Origin: an uncultured Candidatus Saccharibacteria bacterium
GTDB lineage: Bacteria > Patescibacteriota > Dojkabacteria > SC72 > WJKH01
Reading direction: 5' to 3'
DNA: 64,000 nucleotides
Assembly: GCA_964602665.1 (NCBI GenBank)
Contig: CAZRRH010000001.1
Location: 72,414-136,413 of the forward strand
Shown here: in pieces, positions 47,404-56,633 of the stretch
Layout of the letters: every line of letters begins with the position of its first letter
Position numbering within the stretch: the first letter of the stretch is position 1
The notes under the pieces: model-generated
Told to the model about the DNA's origin: nothing
The model's input: only the letters and a program-made list of their open reading frames with translations
Database searches by the model: none
Position numbers and translations under genes: made by a program

Positions 47404-47975
47404 TTTTTGTTGTATCTTTCTTTAATTGGCTTTGCTTGGCATTCAATATATGGTTTAAAAAGCTCTGCAAATTCAGCGCCAACAACTCTTCTTGCGATTT
47501 GTGTGGCAGAGATAAAAAGAGATTGTCTGTCTACTATTTTAAAATCACCACCGTAATCTTGTACGGCTTTGTACTCTTTGGATTCTTTGTACCCTGATGC
47601 CCAATCCTCTATAACAGATACAAAAATATCAGGCTTAAGAAGCTCGATTGCCGCTTTGCAGCTTGGTGTGGGTAGTATTGTTATGTAGTCGACGCATTTA
47701 AGAAATGCAAGGCTTTCTGCTCTGATCCATTCATCTAGAATTGGCTTATTAGGTCCTTTGACCTCTCTAATTGCTTCGTTGCTTACTACACCAACTACAA
47801 GTATGTCGCCAAGCTTTTTTGCCTCTGTGAGATATCTCATCTGTCCAACATGTATCATATCCCAACTTCCTGCTGTGAAGACAACTTTTTTACCAGTTTT
47901 CTTTATTTCTTTATGGAAACTACTAAGATCATCTTGTGACAAATATCGTCCTTTTAACATTTCTCTTGGTTTCAT
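47400..47975 (-). CDS. Cytidylyltransferase-like (RfaE domain II/TagD-like) nucleotidyltransferase
   Basis: VFTAGSWDMIHVGQ, GDILVVGV, KGPNKPI, LKPD, SATQI. Confidence 0.88.
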   Translation of the reverse strand: MKPREMLKGRYLSQDDLSSFHKEIKKTGKKVVFTAGSWDMIHVGQMRYLTEAKKLGDILVVGVVSNEAIREVKGPNKPILDEWIRAESLAFLKCVDYITILPTPSCKAAIELLKPDIFVSVIEDWASGYKESKEYKAVQDYGGDFKIVDRQSLFISATQIARRVVGAEFAELFKPYIECQAKPIKERYNKK

Positions 47976-48005
47976 AATAATATATCGTTAAAGTTAACTG
48001 CTCTA

Positions 48006-48920
48006 TTATATAATATACTGCGTTTTTTTCAAATGAAGCAAGGTTCCTTGATAATGCTCATTTTGGCTCAAAGATTCATATGGATTGCACGATAAAAATT
48101 TCCATAAATCTCTTAGCCAGAAGTATTCTACAAGATTTTTATCACCTTTTCCAAAATAATAATCAATTTGTTCTTTTGTTTTATATTTGCAGTCAACAAC
48201 TAAAAAAGCGTAAGTTCTTGCTCTGTCAAGTTGTGTATCACCGATAAGCATTTTTTCAAAATCCAGTATCCCTGTTATTTTATAGTTATTATCAAATAGA
48301 ATATTTCCGCGGACAAAATCCATATGTACAAGCTGTTTGTTAGAAATCGGCCTGTTTATAATGTTTTTGTACAAAACTTCTATTTTTTCGATTTCAATTT
48401 TGATGCCAAGTTTTGTCTCTATCGTTGGAAGATTCTCCGCGTAATATTTGTGTAATTTTTTATAATCAATCGGAAGATAATCATTCCAGCTTGGAATATA
48501 TCTTGTTCCTTTGTAATCGTGTAAAACGGCGTGCATTTTATTCATCGTTTCTGATAAAGAAGTAAGATGTCGTCGTGTATACGCCTCCCATGATAGGGTT
48601 TTGCCCTTAATAAAGTCGTAGATTCCTAAAAACCGTCCATCTACCTGTACTATTTGGTTGTTTGTCACTCTACAAGGGATAGAGTTACTTTTTAAAAAGA
48701 GACATATATCGTTAATTTCTTCTAAAAAGTTTTTTGCATAACTATTATTATAGCGGTTTTTATTATAGAAAATCGCTATATAATTTTTATCTCCAATGCA
48801 TATTTTATAAACATTGTTCATAAATCCTTGCTCAATTGCAAAGACTGAAATTTGTTTTTGATCTTCAATAAGCTTTGGATAATACTTTTTTACGATTTGA
48901 GCAATATTTACTTTGGGCAT
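48006..48920 (-). CDS. APH/ThrB-II/choline kinase-like phosphotransferase
   Basis: VHMDFVRGNILF and ILDFE. Confidence 0.82.
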   Translation of the reverse strand: MPKVNIAQIVKKYYPKLIEDQKQISVFAIEQGFMNNVYKICIGDKNYIAIFYNKNRYNNSYAKNFLEEINDICLFLKSNSIPCRVTNNQIVQVDGRFLGIYDFIKGKTLSWEAYTRRHLTSLSETMNKMHAVLHDYKGTRYIPSWNDYLPIDYKKLHKYYAENLPTIETKLGIKIEIEKIEVLYKNIINRPISNKQLVHMDFVRGNILFDNNYKITGILDFEKMLIGDTQLDRARTYAFLVVDCKYKTKEQIDYYFGKGDKNLVEYFWLRDLWKFLSCNPYESLSQNEHYQGTLLHLKKTQYII

Positions 48921-49576
48921 TTTAATAAATCATACTGCTGCTTGAAGGTTTTTAGCATAAAAAGAAGCATGAAGCTAGCACCTAATTGCTCGCTCATTTC
49001 TTCAAATGTTATTAATGTGACATAGCTTTGATGATACAAAAAACATGTTGAATGTGAGCTTATAAGTTCTAATACAATAACAGATGAAAAGAAAAAGAAC
49101 GATAAAAAGAGGAATAATCTATTGTTTCTAATCTCTTTAATCATAAAAATAAAAAATATTAAAGCTGCGATCATAATGGGGATGTAATATATCAGCCAAG
49201 GTGAAGAATCATATCCACTACTTTGTGCTACGCCAAAAAGGTTTTTAAGAACAGGAAGCATTTGATCAAGATGCTTCTGGATGTTGTCATGTATCTGTCC
49301 TAGCTCGTCAACAGCTAGAAACATAAATCCTAATAAAAATCCCAAGAAGACGATTGCTTTTCTCTTGGTTAATTTGCCTGAGAGTTTAATTAGGACTAAT
49401 ATATTAAAAGCTAGTGTTGCAACGGTGGAGAGTTTGATTCCTTGGTACATTGTTGGAAAGTTGCTTTCGTAATCCATGTTAAAAAAATCAAATTGTGGGA
49501 AGATTAAGAACAATCCTAGTACGACAAAATCTAGTAAAAAGGGCAAAAAGTAAATATAATTTCTATTAATTTTCAT
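48908..49576 (-). CDS. Integral membrane protein with acidic/His motifs
   Basis: About six TM helices; 'DELGQIHD' and 'EEMSEQLG'. Confidence 0.6.
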   Translation of the reverse strand: MKINRNYIYFLPFLLDFVVLGLFLIFPQFDFFNMDYESNFPTMYQGIKLSTVATLAFNILVLIKLSGKLTKRKAIVFLGFLLGFMFLAVDELGQIHDNIQKHLDQMLPVLKNLFGVAQSSGYDSSPWLIYYIPIMIAALIFFIFMIKEIRNNRLFLFLSFFFFSSVIVLELISSHSTCFLYHQSYVTLITFEEMSEQLGASFMLLFMLKTFKQQYDLLKCPK

Positions 49577-50268
49577 TTCTTTAATATCTCTTCTAGTTTA
49601 ATATATTGACCATATACGACTTTATCTGTGAGAGAAGGTTTTTTAACATCTCTATACAAAACACGATCCTCAAGTAATTTAAAAATTGGCTTTATCTTAT
49701 CTTCTGACACTATCAGCATAAGTTTTGGTGGAAATCTAAGCTTGGTCCTTATTACGAGCATATACTCATCATTTCGTTTATAAAAACAGAAGTCTTCCAT
49801 GATGTACCATTCATATAGATGACTTATTGAAAGGATATCTTTATCCTCCTCAATGCTTATAGGTGTTTCAATTCCTCTTGTAGTTATGCGGTTTTTGATT
49901 TTAATTGGCTCATAAATTCCACTTACATAAATGAAAAAAAGAAGCGCAATTAACGCTCCCATAAGGCCATATTGCCCTAAAATTACTAGATAAACAACAA
50001 AAACAGCAGATAGCATTACAACAGCAAGGTATGTTTTTTTCTCAAAGGAGATTTTAAGTCTAATAGGTGCTTCCCAGTCGTATATCTTGATATTTTGAAC
50101 GATTTTTTCTCCATCTGAGTTGCTAGAATCTAAATGAGCTTTCCCACTTTCTATGCTTTGATCTCGTTTTTTTTGTTTTACCTGCTCTCTTCTAACCTTT
50201 CTTTCCTGCTCTTTTTCGAGCTCTAGCTCTCCAGAGAGTGCTTTTGCAATAGATTGTAAATCAGCCAT
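49573..50268 (-). CDS. Conserved hypothetical membrane protein (2 TM plus PH-like tail)
   Basis: 'WEAP', TM hairpin, 'ITTRGI', 'YEW'. Confidence 0.6.
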   Translation of the reverse strand: MADLQSIAKALSGELELEKEQERKVRREQVKQKKRDQSIESGKAHLDSSNSDGEKIVQNIKIYDWEAPIRLKISFEKKTYLAVVMLSAVFVVYLVILGQYGLMGALIALLFFIYVSGIYEPIKIKNRITTRGIETPISIEEDKDILSISHLYEWYIMEDFCFYKRNDEYMLVIRTKLRFPPKLMLIVSEDKIKPIFKLLEDRVLYRDVKKPSLTDKVVYGQYIKLEEILKK

Positions 50269-50272
50269 ATTT

Positions 50273-50635
50273 TCATTTAATTAAAATTATTCCTAGTATT
50301 ACTATTACAGCAATAACAGCACCCCATTGCCAACTTAGCAAGTGAGTAAAATTTAGGGCGACAAGGAGCAGGAATATTACTGATAATCCAATGCCCCACT
50401 TTGTAGCTGCTTTCTGATTTGAATCTTTTCTCTTTGCTATTTTTCTTATTATATAAATCAGAATCGCAACAGCACTTTGTATCGCAAAACATAGTAAAGC
50501 TAAGGTTACCAAGACATTATACCAGTTTATCTCACCTTTTGCATCTATAGGCAGAAAAAAACTGTTGCCTGTTAAATAGTACAGGAAAATTACACTCCAC
50601 AGTAGGATTATAAGCTGTACTGACAGATATTTCAT
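50273..50635 (-). CDS. Small 4-TM membrane protein
   Basis: Hydrophobic 120-aa ORF, first gene of the minus-strand run. Confidence 0.6.
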   Translation of the reverse strand: MKYLSVQLIILLWSVIFLYYLTGNSFFLPIDAKGEINWYNVLVTLALLCFAIQSAVAILIYIIRKIAKRKDSNQKAATKWGIGLSVIFLLLVALNFTHLLSWQWGAVIAVIVILGIILIK

Positions 50636-50717
50636 TTATATTGCATTATAGGGCTTATGTAAGTGACTGAATCTGTTATATAGTAAGTTTTAAATAATTT
50701 ATTATATCATAACACAA

Positions 50718-51455
50718 ATGAACAGCATAATAATAGAAAACAATAAAACTGTTAGCAGGATTATACAGATTGGGTTAAAGAGTTACGGTTATAGTTGCGA
50801 TATAATGCCAAAAGGAGACTACTCAAAGATGGAATTTATGCAAAAAATTGAAAATTCTGTTAGCAAGAATCCTTATACCCTTGTCATTATTGATACAAGC
50901 AATCCGCTTTTGCAAGACAGTGTCACGATGAGAAAAATTGTCCGAGCAATAAGAGAAAAGTCTCCAGAAATTAATATTATCGGAGTCATACTCCTTGGTC
51001 AGTGGAAAATGAAAGTTGATTTTTTAAATGCGGGCGGAGATGACGCTTTATCATATCCGTTTATGATGCAGGAGCTACTTGCGAGGATACAGGCTTTGAT
51101 AAGGCGACCTAAACAAAGCTATGGCACTGTTTTAAATTTATACGACATGCAAATTGATACAAGTAGTAAAACAGTTTATGAGAAAAAGTGCGAAGTTCCT
51201 CTTAAAAGGAAGGAGTATAACATAATCGAATATATGGCGATAAACAGAAATCGCCCTATAAGCAGAAGTGAGCTAATGGATCATGTATGGGATTACAAAA
51301 GGATTGTTTCCTCAAATACTGTTGATGTACATATAAATAAGCTTAGACGGAAGCTTCAAAATCCAGAAAGGTTACAGACAATCCATGGATTTGGATATAT
51401 GCTTAAAGATTCTTCGCCTAAAAAAGACAATGAATCTATTAATAAAGGCTTGTAA
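50718..51455 (+). CDS. OmpR-family response regulator, atypical receiver
   Basis: ELLARIQALIRR, LKRKEY, NTVDVHINKLRRKL, TIHGFGY; receiver has YPF in place of KPF. Confidence 0.88.
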   Translation: MNSIIIENNKTVSRIIQIGLKSYGYSCDIMPKGDYSKMEFMQKIENSVSKNPYTLVIIDTSNPLLQDSVTMRKIVRAIREKSPEINIIGVILLGQWKMKVDFLNAGGDDALSYPFMMQELLARIQALIRRPKQSYGTVLNLYDMQIDTSSKTVYEKKCEVPLKRKEYNIIEYMAINRNRPISRSELMDHVWDYKRIVSSNTVDVHINKLRRKLQNPERLQTIHGFGYMLKDSSPKKDNESINKGL

Positions 51456-51486
51456 AAGAGATATAAATATGGTATAATTATACTAT

Positions 51487-52197
51487 ATGTCCGCGACTTT
51501 GAGATCTAGAAAATCAGGATGTTCTGGTTGCTTTTTTTTTCTTGTTTTTATTCCTATAACGCTTTTTTTCCTAATAATATTATTAGGGATCGGTTTGGGA
51601 GTATATTTGCGCAAAGATTACATCTCTTGGCAAAACGATTTTGAAGGAAAAATAAGTAAATCAGAGTACATATATTATGATGGTGTGACTGTGTATGACG
51701 ATGCTGATGGGACAAAGATAAGGTTATCAGCTGATATGCAAAGCGAATTAGAGAAAAAGCTTGCGGATTTTAATAGTACAACAGGCGAAAAAACCAGGAC
51801 GCTTGAGCTAAATGTTGATCAATCACATCTTTTGTTGGGGCAAAGTATCCAAAAAGGTATGCCTGATACCCTTAGTTTATATAGGACATATCTTGATACT
51901 GATGATGGAAAATGGCTTTTCTATATACAATTTAAAGTACGAGCAGTTCAAATGCCGTGGATTATTTTAGGACTCCAAAAGGGTGAATATGAGAGCCCGA
52001 TTTTTTCTGTGGAGTCTGTTAGAATTGGGAATTATGATCTCGATGATATTGGATTATATTTTGTACGAGAGCAGATAAATGGGAGTATTAAAAGTGCATA
52101 TGATATTATTGCTCAGAACGAGTGGAGTAGTCTTGTTATTGAAAATATTGAACTAACAAAAGAAGGAACTGCTGTAAAAGGAGTAAACCAATTTTAA
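51487..52197 (+). CDS. Membrane-anchored hypothetical protein
   Basis: 'GCSGC' plus an N-terminal TM helix and a soluble domain. Confidence 0.6.
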   Translation: MSATLRSRKSGCSGCFFFLVFIPITLFFLIILLGIGLGVYLRKDYISWQNDFEGKISKSEYIYYDGVTVYDDADGTKIRLSADMQSELEKKLADFNSTTGEKTRTLELNVDQSHLLLGQSIQKGMPDTLSLYRTYLDTDDGKWLFYIQFKVRAVQMPWIILGLQKGEYESPIFSVESVRIGNYDLDDIGLYFVREQINGSIKSAYDIIAQNEWSSLVIENIELTKEGTAVKGVNQF

Positions 52198-52225
52198 ATT
52201 TTGAATTTAAAATTCAAAATTTAAA
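52193..52225. repeat. Perfect AT-rich palindrome (16-bp arms, 1-bp spacer)
   Basis: TTTAAATTTTGAATTT-A-AAATTCAAAATTTAAA. Confidence 0.8.
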
Positions 52226-52233
52226 TGGAGCTC

Positions 52234-52293
52234 TTGACAAAGGGTAGGATACTTTGCTAAAATATTTTAGCAGATTAGATGTGTAATTGCTAA
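52234..52293 (+). promoter_or_regulatory. groES promoter with two tandem CIRCE-like operators
   Basis: TTGACA (52234), 18 bp, TAAAAT (52258); TTGACAAAG-N9-CTTTGCTAA (52234-60) and TTAGCAGAT-N9-AATTGCTAA (52267-93). Confidence 0.7.
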
Positions 52294-52328
52294 TTAATTA
52301 TTATTTAACTTTATTTAACAATATAAAT

Positions 52329-52619
52329 ATGTCAGAGAGAAAAGTACAAATACAGCCTCTTGGCGAAAGAGTGCTAGTGTTACCCGACGCAAAAGAGGAA
52401 AAAACAAAGGGTGGTCTTATTATTCCTCAGACAGCAGAAGAGGAAAAAGCTTCTTGTGGTACAGTGGTTAAGCTTGGAACACCACGCAAAAAAGATTATA
52501 AATTTCATGTAAAAGAGGGAGACAGGGTTCTTTTTAAAAAATATTCACCAGAAGAGGTAAAAATTGACGAAGTAGAATATTTATTGATAGATGAGGCTGA
52601 TATATTGGCCATAATCTAA
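52329..52619 (+). CDS. groES: Co-chaperonin GroES
   Basis: IQPLGERVLV, TKGGLIIP, VKEGDRVLF, DILAI; ATG 52329. Confidence 0.97.
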   Translation: MSERKVQIQPLGERVLVLPDAKEEKTKGGLIIPQTAEEEKASCGTVVKLGTPRKKDYKFHVKEGDRVLFKKYSPEEVKIDEVEYLLIDEADILAII

Positions 52620-52661
52620 TAGGATTTTAATTATTTATTTAAGTTTTAAAAATTAAGAAAT

Positions 52662-54299
52662 ATGACAAAGTATGTAGTTTATGGAGATGAAGCAAGAAAA
52701 CAGCTAAAGAAGGGTATTGATGCCGTTGCCGATGCTGTTAAAGTAACTCTTGGACCTAAAGGTCGAAATGTTGCATTGAGTAAGAAATTCGGATCACAAA
52801 TTGTGACAAAGGACGGTGTTACTGTCGCAAAAGAAATCGAGTTAAAAGATCCTGTAGAGCAAGTTGGAGCTTCTATGATACAAGAAGCCGCAAGCAAATC
52901 TAATGATAAAGCTGGTGATGGTACAACAACAGCAACTGTGTTGGCACAGGCAATTGCCAATATGGGATTGAAAAATGTCACAGCCGGAGCTAATCCAATT
53001 GCTCTTAAAAGAGGTTTGGATAAAGCAGTCGAAATAGTTGTAGAAGATATAAAGAAAAATGCAAAGAAGATTGAAACAAAAGAGCAGATACAGCAAGTTG
53101 CTACTATTTCTGCAAACAATGATGAAGAATTAGGAAAGATGATTGCAGACATTTTTGACAAAGTCGGTAAGGATGGAGTGATCACTGTTGAAGAGGCGCA
53201 AGGATTTAGCAATGAGATAGTTTATACAGAGGGCATGGAGTTTGATCGAGGATATGTAAGTCCTTATTTTGTAACAAATGCTGAGACATTAGAGGCAGTT
53301 TTGGATAATCCTTATATATTTGTAACTGACAGAAAACTATCTTCTCTACAGGATATACAGGCAATTGCCGAAAAAGTTTTGCAGGCAGCTGACAGACCTT
53401 TGCTTATCATCGCAGATGAGGTAGAGAATCAAGCTTTGGCTACTCTAGTTGTTAATAAATTGCGAGGAACTCTTAATGTAGTTGCAGTAAAAGCACCAGG
53501 ATTTGGTGATAGAAGAAAAGAGATGTTGCAAGATATTGCAATTCTTACTGGAGCCGAGTACATTTCTGAGGATACTGGGCGAACATTTGATAGTGTATCA
53601 ATAACAGATTTAGGAACCGCAAAGAAGGTTATTATAGATAAAGATAGAACTGTTATCATCAATCAAGATAATGGGCAAAATAAAGATGCTGTTGGAAAAA
53701 GAATTGCAGAGATCAAAGCCCAAATTGATAAAACGACTTCTGATTATGATAAAGAAAAATTGCAAGAGAGACTTGCAAAATTATCTGGTGGAGTTGCCGT
53801 GCTCAAAGTCGGTGCAGCAACAGAGGTTGAGCTTAAAGAGAAAAAATATAGAGTTGAAGATGCAATCAATGCAACAAGGGCTGCTTTGGAAGAGGGTGTT
53901 GTCGTCGGAGGAGGACTTGCATTGTTTAATGCTGTTGATTCTCTAAGTAAGCTTAAATTGGAAGATGAAGATGAGAAAATCGGAGTTAAAATACTAGAAA
54001 GTATCCTCTCTGAGCCACTTAAGCAAATAGCACAAAATGCCGGTTTTGATGGCGCAGTTGTCGCATCAAATTGCAAGGGTAACAAAGGGTTTGACTCAAA
54101 AGAGTGCAAATATGTTGATATGTTTGAAGCGGGAATAATTGATCCTGCTAAAGTTGTAACAATGGCACTTCTTAATGGAGCATCTGTTGGTACTATGCTT
54201 ATAACAACAGAGGCTGTTGTAGCAGACGAGCCTGAGAAGGAGGATGCTCATAGCCATGCTGGTGCAGGTGGTATGGGAGGCATGGATGGGATGATGTAG
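52662..54299 (+). CDS. groEL: Chaperonin GroEL
   Basis: [28 protein letters not shown]; GGM tail. Confidence 0.99.
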   Translation: MTKYVVYGDEARKQLKKGIDAVADAVKVTLGPKGRNVALSKKFGSQIVTKDGVTVAKEIELKDPVEQVGASMIQEAASKSNDKAGDGTTTATVLAQAIANMGLKNVTAGANPIALKRGLDKAVEIVVEDIKKNAKKIETKEQIQQVATISANNDEELGKMIADIFDKVGKDGVITVEEAQGFSNEIVYTEGMEFDRGYVSPYFVTNAETLEAVLDNPYIFVTDRKLSSLQDIQAIAEKVLQAADRPLLIIADEVENQALATLVVNKLRGTLNVVAVKAPGFGDRRKEMLQDIAILTGAEYISEDTGRTFDSVSITDLGTAKKVIIDKDRTVIINQDNGQNKDAVGKRIAEIKAQIDKTTSDYDKEKLQERLAKLSGGVAVLKVGAATEVELKEKKYRVEDAINATRAALEEGVVVGGGLALFNAVDSLSKLKLEDEDEKIGVKILESILSEPLKQIAQNAGFDGAVVASNCKGNKGFDSKECKYVDMFEAGIIDPAKVVTMALLNGASVGTMLITTEAVVADEPEKEDAHSHAGAGGMGGMDGMM

Positions 54300-54322
54300 A
54301 TTTTTTATCACCTGTGTTTATT

Positions 54323-54356
54323 AAGGGGGCTGTGATTTACAGCTCCCTTTTGTTTT
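54323..54356 (+). terminator. Intrinsic terminator after groEL
   Basis: AAGGGGGCTGT-GATTT-ACAGCTCCCTT-TTGTTTT. Confidence 0.85.
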
Positions 54357-54361
54357 GTTGG

Positions 54362-56551
54362 TTACTCGTATTGGCGATTATATTGACGGGCCAATCTTGT
54401 AGAATAAGATTTCTTCTTAAAAAATCTTACTAAGTTTGGATATCTTCTTTCTCTTCTTATAACATCAAGTTCAAGTGAGGCTGCTATCATCCAGACAATT
54501 TTCTCATTTCTTAACGGATCATTTCTGTCTACGCCCTCAATCGATCTTATTAGAAGATCGACTTCTTCTCTTCGTAATCTTATCCGCTTTAATCCTCCTG
54601 CATAGTCATTTAAATCTTCTAACACGGTTTGGCAAGTTGCTTGAACAAGGTCAAAGGTTTCTTTAGAGGTAGAAGATAATGAATTTTGCCGTTCTCTTAG
54701 GTTACCGTGACACGATATGGGGGTTACTCTTATCATTGGAAGAGCAAAGGGGTTGTTAGTGGCTTTCGCATGATAAGTTATTTGATACCATAAATCTGTA
54801 TCCTCTCCTACATCCTTTGCAGAATTCCATCCCATGATTTCTCTATAAGCGCAAAGACGATAGGCGTAAGATCCGTTTATTGATACTGCGTTAACTGATT
54901 TCCTGCCTGTAGAATTAGTTTCAACATCAGTAAGCATTCCCCACAATCCGCTTCTTGTAAAATATAAGGTTTCGCTTCTTGCGTTTTCATCTGATAAGTT
55001 CTTAGTTATTTTTAATGCTAATATTAGGTCTGTTATTAAGTTAGCAGGCAGGGGAGGTCTGCCTAGCGCTTCTTCGATAAACCCTGCTGTCAAATTTAAT
55101 TCACTTGTAAAGGATGGGAATTTTTGCTTTATTAAATTAACGATTTGTGATAATGCGTCAGGAACTATTAAAGAGAGAGCAACTTGCACCTCATCTGAGC
55201 CTAAAAAAGAGCAAAGATCTTCAAAATCTTGTGCTGAGATTTTGGCTAATTCGCTTGTTAATAATTTTGGATATGGTATAAACTGTGGTGGACCGATAAG
55301 CACATCAGAATTTTGGGGTTGTTTTGATAGTCTTAAAAACGCAGATGGTTCGATTAGTGCATCTGCATCTACTGGTATCACCCAAATTTTATCACTTTTT
55401 TCCTTTTGAATTGCGGCGTTAACACGATGCTCAGTTAGTAAAGCTAATGCTCTTCGATGACTACCCCTGTTTCTAATAGGAAAAAAGTCTTTTATTTCTG
55501 AATCTTCATTATGACCACAGTAGACGCCATCAGTACAATCAAGTATACATATTTGCATCCCTTTTTGCACACAAGCTCTTGTTCTTTTCGCTATTTTATG
55601 AAGTTGCGATCCAAGAGGAGATGTTGCATCTGGAATCCAGTCAAGCTCGGATAAAAGAGCATCTATAGGCTTTGATAAATCTGTCACTGCTCTTAGAAAT
55701 TCTAGCGTTCTTCTATTACCTATTGGCATGTTTTGGGAATCGTTGTTTACATTGACTTGCCATTCTACTGCGCTTGGACTTATTCCCTCTTTTTCCATTT
55801 GCTCCACTGCAGTCGAAATAGAATCGAGAAGCAATAATATACGACCAGCTGTTTCGACCTGACCTGGTAGACTGCTAATTTCGTTGTAAGCGATTGTTTG
55901 TACGACAATTTGTAGATCTTGATTTACAGGAGGCAGATCAGCTGTTTTGATTTTTTCTTCTATAAACCTCGGTTCTTCTCTATGGCCAAGTAGTTCTCCT
56001 ACTTGTGTATTATACGTTGCGGCATTTAGTACTTCTTCTAAAGAAAAAAGTTCATGGCGTATTTTATTTTCATGTCTTTGTGGCCTATATGCATAAAGAT
56101 CTTCTTCGCCAGGTGCAGTTGCTTTTAAAACAAAAGCTACTATTCTCTCTAGCTCTTTTGGCAAGAAAACTTGTCTTATTTCAGATATAGCTCTAACCAG
56201 ACTTTGAAATTTAGGCTGAAAGCCAATCCTTATTAGTGATCCTGAAGAAAATAGCAAATGAAAACCTGTCATGTTAATATATTCAAACTCTGCTCTTTGG
56301 ATTGCTTCCTCAATTTTTGTGGCAAAAACAGGATTTTGTAAAGCAAGCGATGTATCTCGAATTTTCATAAAACTAGAAACAAAACCGGAAATTATTGAAG
56401 GATAATTCTCTTTGCCAATATATACATCTAGGGAGAGAGGTTTCTGAGGGTCTGTTTCTGAAATCCACCTGGCTGCTTCTTCTTCGCAGTATGCCAAATC
56501 TTCCGCAGTAACTGCTAATGGTTCTTGCTGTTCTAATTCTGTATCTGACAT
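54362..56551 (-). CDS. Large hypothetical protein with a split GT-A/GT2-like glycosyltransferase core
   Basis: 'VVQTIAYNE', 'PVDADAL' (DxD), 'GSYAYR..AY..IMGW...GEDTDL' separated by long helical inserts. Confidence 0.55.
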   Translation of the reverse strand: MSDTELEQQEPLAVTAEDLAYCEEEAARWISETDPQKPLSLDVYIGKENYPSIISGFVSSFMKIRDTSLALQNPVFATKIEEAIQRAEFEYINMTGFHLLFSSGSLIRIGFQPKFQSLVRAISEIRQVFLPKELERIVAFVLKATAPGEEDLYAYRPQRHENKIRHELFSLEEVLNAATYNTQVGELLGHREEPRFIEEKIKTADLPPVNQDLQIVVQTIAYNEISSLPGQVETAGRILLLLDSISTAVEQMEKEGISPSAVEWQVNVNNDSQNMPIGNRRTLEFLRAVTDLSKPIDALLSELDWIPDATSPLGSQLHKIAKRTRACVQKGMQICILDCTDGVYCGHNEDSEIKDFFPIRNRGSHRRALALLTEHRVNAAIQKEKSDKIWVIPVDADALIEPSAFLRLSKQPQNSDVLIGPPQFIPYPKLLTSELAKISAQDFEDLCSFLGSDEVQVALSLIVPDALSQIVNLIKQKFPSFTSELNLTAGFIEEALGRPPLPANLITDLILALKITKNLSDENARSETLYFTRSGLWGMLTDVETNSTGRKSVNAVSINGSYAYRLCAYREIMGWNSAKDVGEDTDLWYQITYHAKATNNPFALPMIRVTPISCHGNLRERQNSLSSTSKETFDLVQATCQTVLEDLNDYAGGLKRIRLRREEVDLLIRSIEGVDRNDPLRNEKIVWMIAASLELDVIRRERRYPNLVRFFKKKSYSTRLARQYNRQYE

Positions 56552-56633
56552 AACCTAGTTTACTATTTTTGCAACGCATAAACAAGTCTAGAATCTCCCT
56601 TAAAAAGTTCAAATGTGATAAAATAGCGAGTAA

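Noticed and set aside
52679-54109. Minus-strand ORFs up to 177 aa
   Set aside because: Antisense shadows of groEL
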